Source of the DNA: an uncultured virus (IMG/VR IMGVR_UViG_3300030118_003994)
Lineage: Duplodnaviria > Heunggongvirae > Uroviricota > Caudoviricetes > Crassvirales
Length of the DNA stretch: 64,000 bases
Virus record (IMG/VR): IMGVR_UViG_3300030118_003994
Strand: one strand, 5' to 3'
The position numbers were made by a program, and so were the translations under genes. How positions within the stretch are numbered: the first letter of the stretch is position 1; every line of letters starts with the position of its first letter. The notes under the pieces were generated by a model. That model made no database searches, was not told the DNA's origin, and worked only from the letters and a program-made list of their open reading frames with translations. Shown piece after piece: positions 47,410 through 56,361 of the stretch.

Positions 47410-50400
47410 TTATATTATAACAGTTACAGTGGTTGAACAAATAGTATAAGGAAGATTATCCTGCATATACTCAACTCTTGTTTTTAATCCTCCAGCACCG
47501 CTACCGCCAGAAGTTCCAGGAACATCTCCAGAGCCAACACTTATGGTTAAAGAGTTAGAGCCAGAATTGTATATTTTTACCATAAAACCGGCAAGTAATG
47601 TTAGGTCTAAGTTTGGACTTAAATTAAGAGTAAATGAACTTACACCTTCTACAGATATGTTTATATTTGCCAATACGTTCATATGACTCAAATCTAAAGA
47701 GCTAATTCCTTGTAAAGGACCAATCATTAAATTTGATAAAGCAACATTTTGACTTAAATCTAAAGTTGTTAAAGGTTGTCCTATAATATCAACAGCATAT
47801 AATGCCGGAGAGTCTGTAGGAGTAAAACTAGTTAAGGTTCTGTGGTCCCTACAACTCCCACTACAAATACATCCAGCGTACATATCACCAGCAGCACATT
47901 GAGCCGCTGTATTACCACAAGAGTTAGGGTTATTACCAATACTAGTGGTTAGCCCCCCAATCATAATAAAAGACCCTAAAGAAGAACATCCCGTTAAGTC
48001 TACAGATGTTATTGAGTTCCAGCTTAAATCAACATTTACAAGCTTTGACATGCCGCTTAAATCAACAGCTCCAGTAATGTTTTCACCTTTAAAATTTAAC
48101 CATGCAAGGCAGCTTAATTCTTTTATATTATCAAGATTAGAAACAGCACCATAAACACCAGTTGAGAAAAAATTACTGGTTCCATTTAATATTTGAATCA
48201 AACATTTATAATCATTATCTATAGAGGCATCTCCTGTAGTTCCGGAAACACCACTATTAATTGCTAATTCATTTTCTAAAATAAGCTCAAGCTCAGGGTC
48301 TGTAATTGCTGTTGTCCCTGTACAATTACAGTTATTACAAGGAGCACAAGGTGTATATCCTCCACCTCCATAAGTACAAGAACCATCATCTATTGTAGCA
48401 GTTGCATTGTAATTATCGGCATTTGAATCTGTACATCCGGAACAACTAGCGTATACTTGTATTTCAAATCCTGGAGCTCCAGTTGGTGGAACCGCATCTG
48501 AGTGATAACCTATATATAAATTATTATTATCATAAAACATTCTTCCTAATTGATGAGCTGTACCAGTAAGATTAATATCTTCTCCTATTATAAACCAAGC
48601 AGAACCATTGTATTTTTCTACTCTTATACCGTCTGTGCTGTACGGGTGTTTAGAGTATGCTATTATTAAATTTGATTCTTTATCTGTTGTATATGTGTAA
48701 TTATTAACAAATGCCTGACCACTATTTGAGCTGTGTAAAACATTTACAGATAAGCTATTATGTATATAATTCCATGTTAAATTATTTCCATCCCATACGG
48801 AAGCTTTTATTTTCATGTCGTTTTGATTAGCATATGGTTTTTTAATTCTATATATTTTAAGGTCAGAAGCTTGTTTTGAAGCTATTAAATGACCGTCAGT
48901 GTCATCTTGCACCCCTCCAGTAGTTTCAATAAGCTCCCAATATTCATTTACTTTATCATACTTGTGCAGTAAATAATTACCACCAGAATTAAGTTGTATT
49001 AACGCCCACAAAAGATTGTTTTTATCAACATCACATTTTGCTCCATAAATAGCATTAAACTCATCTCCATTAACATCTACGTTTTTTATTTTTGTCCAAA
49101 GAGCCGTATCAGGAGACCACATATACTGACCTTGATTTGACCTTTCTCCTTCTAAACAAAAACTACATGTATTGTTAGTCTTTTTAAATACATCTCCTAA
49201 TAAATAAAGATTTCTTCTATAATTATTAAAAGAACTATCCTTTGCATCTAATTTTAAATGTCCAATTCTAAAATATGAAGCAGGATAAGGAGTTCCATCA
49301 GTAGTATTAGTGTTTATATAATTTGTTCCTGAAATTGAAGGAAAGTTTCCGGTATCTAATTTAGAAATATCCATAAAACTATTAGTAGTTATATTGTACC
49401 TCAAAGTAACCTGTACTATATACTGAGTACCACTACTCCAGGTGTAATTTTGTCCATTTGAATCAACACCCGTAACGTCATTATTTAATTGATTTGTTTG
49501 TTGAAAATGAATATATATAATATCTTCACTTGTGTCGCAAATTATTTCTATAGACTGAAGGTTTCCTGTAGGACCTCCAACCGGAGTTCCTAATTGGTCT
49601 CTAGTTCCAAAAGGAATTTCTCTTAAATTACTCCAGCTAGAGCCATCAAACTTTCTAAGAAAAGCAGCATCTTGATTTGTAGAATGAATTAAACCTACAT
49701 CATAAAATACAGCATACACATTACCAGTTGAATCAATAGCCATGCTTCCTGATTCCTGACTTTCTCCTTGATGAACATCACCCCTATTACCTACATAGTC
49801 CCACGAAGCTAAAGCATTACATGGGGCTGGTAAGTATTGACACGAACCATCATCTACTTGAGCTCCTGCAAAGTAGTTAACTGCAGTTGGGTCTGTACAA
49901 CCATAAACTACAGCAATACAAGAACCATCATCAAAAACTGCATTAGGGTCGTAGTTTGTTGCAGTAGGGTCAGTACATCCCCATGATAAAGTAGGTCCTC
50001 CAGAACAAGGAATATATGTCCAAACTTGACCCATATCATACAAAGGAATTTGATTTACATCAAAAGCATTCCAAGCAGGAATAGTGTTTAACTGAAAACA
50101 TAAGTCATATGTTTGGTTGTTTCCACTAGCCTGAAAGGTAACATAATCACCAACAGCATACCCTCCATTGTTATGTGTGTTATCATCCCACTCTAAAACA
50201 GAAGGGTCATCACAAGGACAAAGAGAACCTCCACCTCCTCCGGTTCCTCCACCCCCTCCGGTTCCTCCACCACCAGAACCACCAGGCCCTCCACCACCTG
50301 TATTTGTAATGCCTCCTCCAGAAGTATCGTCACATTTTATAGGGTCAAATTTAGGTTTTCCAGAGCTAGCCATATTTAAATTAACATAAGGATTTCCACA

Positions 50401-52776
50401 ACAATTTTCATAAGTTATGTCATCCAGATTTGTTATATCTAATATATCCCATAATTCACTATAATCTTCAGCACAACCAGTTCCCTGCCCTAACATAAAT
50501 AATGTTAAAAGTTCTATTGCTCTTTTATATTTTTCCTCAAACTTTTTAATTTTTACAATATCTCTTTTACATATAGCATCATCATATCTATTTTTTAATT
50601 TTTTAATATGTTGATTTATTCCACAAGGGTCTATAAGACAAACAACATTAGTAAAGTCTGTTCCTGTCATTGTTTTTATAACACAAGCAGAAGTATAAAG
50701 AACAGTGTGTGAAGGAGTTGCTGGAATTTCCCAAACTATTTCTGTAGTAATCATGTTTCTCCATTCACCTTCATATAGGTCATGAGAAATAAACTGTGCC
50801 CCTGTTGAGCCAGCAGGTGAAGGTAATCCACTAGAAGCTGGTGGAAATATTTCGTGTGTTCTGGTAAACGTATAAGGTATACCAGATATATTATAATCTG
50901 TATTATCATTACTTTCTAACTCCCCTTCACAATCATAAGTTAGAGAAGCATCTATTTCTAAATTTCCAAATAAATCTATATCTGAAGCATTTAAAAACAT
51001 TGTTTTTGTATAATCAACACCACTACCACCTGTAAAGTTCCAATCCATTATAATTTCATAAATATCATCTATATATGTATTGGAAGAAGATTTAGGTATA
51101 GGAATAGAAGAATTCATACCTAATTTATTATTTTCATCATAAGTTCTATTAGAAGCTAAAGCGTCATCATTAAATATATCTGGCGAAACTAAAGAGCCAG
51201 GATAAGAAATAGAACCATTAGAATGTTTTATAGTTATAGCTACTGTAGAAGTATTGTAAGAGCTACCCGCAACCACATAATCGTTTTCATCAACAAATTC
51301 AAAAGTTTCTTCGTCTAAATTTAAACAAACCTTTAAACCATCAGGAGAAGGATAAACTGGAGCATTTGCCACAGTGACAGTTACTGTTTCTATACATCCA
51401 GCAAACTTTCCAAGACCCTGAACTGTACAAGTGTAGGTTCCTGCAGAAAGACCAGATATAGCCGCCCCTGTCATACCATTACTCCATGTATATATCATAT
51501 TGGACAATCCAGTTGCTACCACTGTAGCTGTACCGTCATTAGCACCAACTGCAGTTTCTCCAGTAGATGTTCCTGTGGCTGATATAGAAGCAAATTGAAT
51601 AGATGCTTGTGGAAATGTATATTGATACATTGGTGAGTTAAACACACAAGAAGTACCAACTCCAGCATTAATTGTAACAGTAACATCTTCCTCAACTGTT
51701 GTTAAATAAGAAACAATGCCTGAAAAAGTGCTTAAATTTTCATTAGTTGATTGTAAAACATTACCAGAAGAATCTGTCCAAACAACATCTATATTTGTAA
51801 ACAAACTTGAGCCTGGAGCAGAAGCCGTAACATTAACACTAAGGTCAGCACTTCCACAAAAATTATCTACAGGGTTTGGAGATGCAGATATATTACAAGC
51901 GTTACTTGTTGCTGGCTGAATAGTAAATGTTCCGCTATTACCACAACCAAAACTATTAATGTCTGCAGGACAATTACCAGTTCCATGAACCCAAGATAAT
52001 ACCCAAGAATAGGTACCGGGAGCTAAATTTTGTATGGTAATATTATCATAAGGAGCAGTTCCTGTAGGACTATAAGTTGTTGTTCCTCCTAGAGGGTTAT
52101 TAAAAATTAAAATTGGTTCACAAGCAGGCTGATTGTTTCCAGAGTTTGGAAATGATATAATTACCTGTCCATCTGCATTTCCAGAGTTAGTAGTATAATT
52201 CCAAGTTTCATTACTGTAAGTAGCCAAACCATTGTAATTTGTATTACAAGGACTTCCTGCTCCAGGAAAACAACTAGCACAGTCCGTGAATAAATGCAAG
52301 CTACTTCCTTGGTTTTGTAAAACAAAAAGATTTCCAGGAGATTGTAAAGAAAGATTTGTAGTTGTTTCTGAATCAAGAAGACGACCATAAGCTATGTTTT
52401 GTCCAGTAATATAACCACCATGACCAAGAGGTGAGTTTTGATATATGTCACTTGGAGACACTATTGTTCCTGCCCCACCCGCAAAAGCTGTGTAAGTTAC
52501 TTTTTGAAAAAATTCAATACACCATTTATCACCATTAGGTGCTTCTACTCTACATTTTTGTCCTTGTTGTGCTGTTGAAGCAATAGATTGATTTAAGCTA
52601 AAATCATAAAGAGCACCATCAACAGGACTATAAGAGTCATTGTTAATCCAAAACAAGCCTCCTTCGTCTGTTTCTGGCGTGCATTGATTGTCTGAATATC
52701 TTCTGGCAATCCAAGCACACTCTGTTCCCTGACTGTCTACAAAAGCTATTTCATTCCACTGTAAAGTATGAGACAT
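47410..52776 (-). CDS. Large mosaic fibre/adhesin protein (SprB-like repeat, GCTD repeats, LRR)
   Basis: NDGTATVVATG..YTWSNG..ISGLSAGTYTCTV; GCTDPTATNYDPNAVFDDGSC; Gly linker; C-terminal LRR (VDLSWNSITSVDL, LTTLDLSQN). Confidence 0.7.
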   Translation of the reverse strand: MSHTLQWNEIAFVDSQGTECAWIARRYSDNQCTPETDEGGLFWINNDSYSPVDGALYDFSLNQSIASTAQQGQKCRVEAPNGDKWCIEFFQKVTYTAFAGGAGTIVSPSDIYQNSPLGHGGYITGQNIAYGRLLDSETTTNLSLQSPGNLFVLQNQGSSLHLFTDCASCFPGAGSPCNTNYNGLATYSNETWNYTTNSGNADGQVIISFPNSGNNQPACEPILIFNNPLGGTTTYSPTGTAPYDNITIQNLAPGTYSWVLSWVHGTGNCPADINSFGCGNSGTFTIQPATSNACNISASPNPVDNFCGSADLSVNVTASAPGSSLFTNIDVVWTDSSGNVLQSTNENLSTFSGIVSYLTTVEEDVTVTINAGVGTSCVFNSPMYQYTFPQASIQFASISATGTSTGETAVGANDGTATVVATGLSNMIYTWSNGMTGAAISGLSAGTYTCTVQGLGKFAGCIETVTVTVANAPVYPSPDGLKVCLNLDEETFEFVDENDYVVAGSSYNTSTVAITIKHSNGSISYPGSLVSPDIFNDDALASNRTYDENNKLGMNSSIPIPKSSSNTYIDDIYEIIMDWNFTGGSGVDYTKTMFLNASDIDLFGNLEIDASLTYDCEGELESNDNTDYNISGIPYTFTRTHEIFPPASSGLPSPAGSTGAQFISHDLYEGEWRNMITTEIVWEIPATPSHTVLYTSACVIKTMTGTDFTNVVCLIDPCGINQHIKKLKNRYDDAICKRDIVKIKKFEEKYKRAIELLTLFMLGQGTGCAEDYSELWDILDITNLDDITYENCCGNPYVNLNMASSGKPKFDPIKCDDTSGGGITNTGGGGPGGSGGGGTGGGGGTGGGGGSLCPCDDPSVLEWDDNTHNNGGYAVGDYVTFQASGNNQTYDLCFQLNTIPAWNAFDVNQIPLYDMGQVWTYIPCSGGPTLSWGCTDPTATNYDPNAVFDDGSCIAVVYGCTDPTAVNYFAGAQVDDGSCQYLPAPCNALASWDYVGNRGDVHQGESQESGSMAIDSTGNVYAVFYDVGLIHSTNQDAAFLRKFDGSSWSNLREIPFGTRDQLGTPVGGPTGNLQSIEIICDTSEDIIYIHFQQTNQLNNDVTGVDSNGQNYTWSSGTQYIVQVTLRYNITTNSFMDISKLDTGNFPSISGTNYINTNTTDGTPYPASYFRIGHLKLDAKDSSFNNYRRNLYLLGDVFKKTNNTCSFCLEGERSNQGQYMWSPDTALWTKIKNVDVNGDEFNAIYGAKCDVDKNNLLWALIQLNSGGNYLLHKYDKVNEYWELIETTGGVQDDTDGHLIASKQASDLKIYRIKKPYANQNDMKIKASVWDGNNLTWNYIHNSLSVNVLHSSNSGQAFVNNYTYTTDKESNLIIAYSKHPYSTDGIRVEKYNGSAWFIIGEDINLTGTAHQLGRMFYDNNNLYIGYHSDAVPPTGAPGFEIQVYASCSGCTDSNADNYNATATIDDGSCTYGGGGYTPCAPCNNCNCTGTTAITDPELELILENELAINSGVSGTTGDASIDNDYKCLIQILNGTSNFFSTGVYGAVSNLDNIKELSCLAWLNFKGENITGAVDLSGMSKLVNVDLSWNSITSVDLTGCSSLGSFIMIGGLTTSIGNNPNSCGNTAAQCAAGDMYAGCICSGSCRDHRTLTSFTPTDSPALYAVDIIGQPLTTLDLSQNVALSNLMIGPLQGISSLDLSHMNVLANINISVEGVSSFTLNLSPNLDLTLLAGFMVKIYNSGSNSLTISVGSGDVPGTSGGSGAGGLKTRVEYMQDNLPYTICSTTVTVII

Positions 52777-52802
52777 TATTGTTTATTTGAATTCTTAATT
52801 TA

Positions 52803-52810
52803 CAAATATA
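52803..52810 (-). promoter_or_regulatory. Late promoter TATATTTG
   Basis: Intergenic, upstream of ATG 52776. Confidence 0.7.
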
Positions 52811-52827
52811 CAAAAAACTTATGAAAT

Positions 52828-52861
52828 AAAAAAGGGGATATACAATAAATATTCCCCTTTT
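52828..52861 (-). terminator. Intrinsic terminator
   Basis: AAAAGGGGATAT...ATATTCCCCTTTT hairpin with T-run on - strand. Confidence 0.7.
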
Positions 52862-52881
52862 CAAACCTAGTAAAACTTATA

Positions 52882-53697
52882 TTAATTTACAACTTTTTCT
52901 TTTGTTTTTTTAGTTTTTTCAGGCTCTCCAGACAGTAGTCTTTTTATTCTGCTAAAAACTGGTGTACCCTCATCATTCATTGTGTATTCAGTTAAAGCGT
53001 CTACAGGATTAACACCTACAGGAACTGTAAATATTAACTCTTTTGTATCTGACCATAAAAACTGTCTTTTACCTTTATTTTCAATAATTAATCTTTCATC
53101 TATTGCATCCATTATTACCTGTTTTCTTTCAATTATTGGATTAGAAATTTCTTCCATAAAAGCCGTTGGATTGTTTTTAGCCATAATCATCATATCATGT
53201 TTTATTTCATACATACTTCTGTCTATGTCTAACTCTAAAGCTCTAGCATACCCAACCATTTTTTGAGCATCCATTTTCATTAAAGTATCAACAGCTATAT
53301 ACTGAATCTCCATTTGGTCTAAAGATTTTTCAGCGTCAAACTCATTGTTAATAACATTAAACAAAACTTTTTTATCAGGAATTCTATCAGGATTATCACC
53401 GTTATAATTACAAGTATCTAAATATTTTTTTAAAGTTACTTGATTGTATTGAACTGGTAGTATACCATTAGTAAAAACAATATCTCCTATTATAGGGTTG
53501 TCTGAACTTTGTTCATCTTGATATATTGATTGTTCACCCATAACATAACGAATCATTCTATTTGTGTTTGTTTTTTCACAATAAATTTCATCTATAGATG
53601 GTATTCTTGAACTTGATGCGAAATTTTTTCCCTGTGTTGCAGGAACTTCATTTTTGTACGATATTTGATATATCGTTGATTTTTTCTTTTTTGCCAT
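52882..53697 (-). CDS. Conserved protein downstream of major capsid gene
   Basis: RMIRY..GEQSIYQDEQ...IVFTNGIL.V; typical position in Bacteroidota podoviruses. Confidence 0.65.
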   Translation of the reverse strand: MAKKKKSTIYQISYKNEVPATQGKNFASSSRIPSIDEIYCEKTNTNRMIRYVMGEQSIYQDEQSSDNPIIGDIVFTNGILPVQYNQVTLKKYLDTCNYNGDNPDRIPDKKVLFNVINNEFDAEKSLDQMEIQYIAVDTLMKMDAQKMVGYARALELDIDRSMYEIKHDMMIMAKNNPTAFMEEISNPIIERKQVIMDAIDERLIIENKGKRQFLWSDTKELIFTVPVGVNPVDALTEYTMNDEGTPVFSRIKRLLSGEPEKTKKTKEKVVN

Positions 53698-53721
53698 TTT
53701 CTAAAATTTAATATAATTAAT

Positions 53722-53760
53722 AAAAAAAAGAAAGGGGGGAGGCTTTCCCCCCTGTTCTTT
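53722..53760 (-). terminator. Intrinsic terminator after capsid gene
   Basis: GGGGGGA-GGCT-TTCCCCCC hairpin, T-run on - strand. Confidence 0.8.
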
Positions 53761-53774
53761 CAGTAAATAAGCTA

Positions 53775-55154
53775 TTAAGCTCTTTCTAATAAGATGAATC
53801 TATTTGAAGCAAAACCTTCAAAACCTCTTTCAGTTCTATAGTGAACCTCCATGTTATCAGTCTCATTAGTTGGATTTGCAAGACCTGCAGAACCTGTTAA
53901 CCAGTGCTCCATTTTTCTTGAGTATCCACCCGCTTCTTTATATCTAATTCTTAAAGAAGGAGTAGCGTCTCCAGTTCTAGCATCCTTTCTCATATCTCCT
54001 GGTATTACCATACCCATTCCTGGATAGTTGAAACCAGCAGCACCAAACATTGGTAAGTAGTTAAATACATCATAAGTTTTCTTATGGAATGTGTAACCAC
54101 CTCTAGTGAAAGATTTAAATCCGAATGCTACAGCGATTTCTTCAGCACCATTAAATGCACCGTAAGAAACACCACCTCCAGCAAACATTGCAGCTATTGC
54201 ATCGTCAATTGCTAATGATAAGTCAATACCACACCACATAGTATTTTCTTTTGCACCTCTATTTTGGTCTAGAGTTCTAATCATTGAATCAAAATCAGAT
54301 AAATTAAATCCTGCTAATTGGTTGTAAGTTTGAGTGTTACCTGTTCTCATGAACTCAATAAGTCCTTCAGAACCTGTAATACCACCTTGACCAATAGTAC
54401 CTGGTAAAGCAGCGTTTGTGTTTGTTGCGATTTTACCCTGAAGCATCATAGTCTCACAGTAGTTTACAAAACGTCTGTAAGTGTCAGCCTCACCTTTTAA
54501 GTACCAAAGGTATCCTGATTGACCTGTATTTGGGTCAGTAACCTGGAACCAAGTTTTATTAGTAGCTTCAGAACCAGAAACTTCAAATGATTCTTTCATA
54601 ATCATTGTGTAGTTAAAGTAATGATTTACCTCAGGAGTAATACCTTCTGGTTGAGCAGTGCTTTCAGCCCATTCATTACCAATAACAATTAAAGTTTCAC
54701 CAGCTGCTAATGTAAATGCAGTGTTGTATGCAACCATAGTAATTTGGTCAGAAGCATAGTTAACCGCAGTAACTAAAGCAAGGTCTCCACTTTTAGCCAT
54801 AACAATATCACCTACTCTTGGAAAGTAATTTCCTCCAGCAGAACCTGTTGATGAAAAAGAAGTATCTAAACTTACGTTAGTACCAGCTAATGCAATTGTT
54901 GGTGTACCAGTATTTTTAAAACTTTGATGAATATAATCATCCTCATAGTGCTCAAATTTACGTTGAGCAGTAGGAGCCATTGCCCCCATTGAATCTAGAA
55001 ATCCTGTAAGAGATTGGTCTCCATAACGAGAGATAAAATCTTCAGCGACTTCTGGTGCATGTACGTTTAACGAAGAAACGTAATTTTCGGTAGTAGCAAC
55101 CTGGAAAGCACTAGGAATTCCGTTTGCGTACCCCGCTCCACTTGAATATGCCAT
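53775..55154 (-). CDS. Major capsid protein
   Basis: After portal/scaffold, terminator downstream; RYGDQSLTGFL, GYLWYLKGE, GSEGL, GFKSFTRGGYTFHK, MEVHYRTERG. Confidence 0.85.
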   Translation of the reverse strand: MAYSSGAGYANGIPSAFQVATTENYVSSLNVHAPEVAEDFISRYGDQSLTGFLDSMGAMAPTAQRKFEHYEDDYIHQSFKNTGTPTIALAGTNVSLDTSFSSTGSAGGNYFPRVGDIVMAKSGDLALVTAVNYASDQITMVAYNTAFTLAAGETLIVIGNEWAESTAQPEGITPEVNHYFNYTMIMKESFEVSGSEATNKTWFQVTDPNTGQSGYLWYLKGEADTYRRFVNYCETMMLQGKIATNTNAALPGTIGQGGITGSEGLIEFMRTGNTQTYNQLAGFNLSDFDSMIRTLDQNRGAKENTMWCGIDLSLAIDDAIAAMFAGGGVSYGAFNGAEEIAVAFGFKSFTRGGYTFHKKTYDVFNYLPMFGAAGFNYPGMGMVIPGDMRKDARTGDATPSLRIRYKEAGGYSRKMEHWLTGSAGLANPTNETDNMEVHYRTERGFEGFASNRFILLERA

Positions 55155-55189
55155 TTTTCTTGTTTTTTAAATGTTTAATAATTAATTGT

Positions 55190-56305
55190 TTAACGACCTA
55201 TTAATTGTTTATTAATTTGGTCTTGTATGGACAATGGACTATCAGGATTAACTTTGCTTTCAGGAGTGTAAGATGGGTTTTTAATGTCTTTTATAACATC
55301 TTCTTTTCCACCAGACTTTCCTTGAGCATATGCACTTCTTACAATTGAATCTATGTTGTTTAAAATAGCCATTTCTTTAGCAAGCTTCGCAACATTTTCT
55401 GTTCCGTCTTTTTCTATATATCTATCCCAAAAACTTGTTAAATTCATACTTGTATCTTTAACATATTTTACAGTATCATCATTAACAGCAAACGTATACT
55501 TTTCTCCTTTATCATTTAGAGAAAACTCTACATTTTTAAAACCCTCAAGAGATTTGTTTACATTTTCAATCCACGCTTTTTGTGCAGCTTCAGATTCTGC
55601 TTTTTGTTTTTCATCTATTTTTGCAGCTTCTGGTAAAGCATTTTCTTTTTGAAATTTTGTAAGTTCTCTTTTAGCTTCTGCTGATTTTTGTTTCAACTTT
55701 ATTTTAGATAACCTTATTTCCTTATCCGTATATTCGTCTTCATCCAGCTTATATGTATCTGCGTAAAGCAAATTTATATCTTCATTATCTAAATCTGGGT
55801 TTTGAAATTTCATGTAATTTTTAACAAGATTTTCAGAATCCATATCTTCATAATTAGCTGTTTGAGTACGAAAGAAATCCTCCATTCTACCGCCTTTTGA
55901 AACATATTCATTTAATTTTTCTATCTGCTCGTTAGCAAAATTATTTTTTTCGGCAACAGGTTGCTCAGATAAAGCCGCATTTAACTCTTCATATGTTTTA
56001 AACTTACCGTCAGTCTTTTCGCTTAACATGTCGTTAAAACTAGGTTGAGCAACAACTTTTTCCTCACTAGGAGTATTATCTTTTGTTTCCTGAGGAATAA
56101 CTTCTTCCTCTTTCAAAGAACTATTTGTTTCTTCTGTTGTTTCTGGTTTTACCTCTTCAACAGAAGTTTCTTCTGCTTTTACTTCTTCTTTTACTTCTTC
56201 TTTAGGTGCTTCTGTTTTAACCTCTTCGGTTTTAGGAGTTTCTTGTGTATCTATTTTAGCACCCATGCTTTTAGCTACTAGCTCCTCGAATCTATTTGTT
56301 GACAT
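55190..56305 (-). CDS. Scaffolding-like protein
   Basis: Acidic low-complexity N-terminus; YAQGKSGG...IKNP C-terminus; between portal and MCP. Confidence 0.7.
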   Translation of the reverse strand: MSTNRFEELVAKSMGAKIDTQETPKTEEVKTEAPKEEVKEEVKAEETSVEEVKPETTEETNSSLKEEEVIPQETKDNTPSEEKVVAQPSFNDMLSEKTDGKFKTYEELNAALSEQPVAEKNNFANEQIEKLNEYVSKGGRMEDFFRTQTANYEDMDSENLVKNYMKFQNPDLDNEDINLLYADTYKLDEDEYTDKEIRLSKIKLKQKSAEAKRELTKFQKENALPEAAKIDEKQKAESEAAQKAWIENVNKSLEGFKNVEFSLNDKGEKYTFAVNDDTVKYVKDTSMNLTSFWDRYIEKDGTENVAKLAKEMAILNNIDSIVRSAYAQGKSGGKEDVIKDIKNPSYTPESKVNPDSPLSIQDQINKQLIGR

Positions 56306-56330
56306 TTCTTAAATTTAAATTAAACTTGTG

Positions 56331-56338
56331 CAAATATA
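56331..56338 (-). promoter_or_regulatory. Late promoter TATATTTG
   Basis: Intergenic, upstream of scaffold ATG. Confidence 0.7.
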
Positions 56339-56361
56339 CAAAAAAATTATGACATTTGCAA

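Noticed and set aside
50228..50320. CCTCC/CCACC-rich repeat
   Set aside because: Encodes the Gly-rich linker of the fibre protein
26825..51919. Many short + strand ORFs opposite late genes (and - strand ORFs opposite early genes)
   Set aside because: Shadow frames of long real genes, F/S/L/I-rich, no leaders
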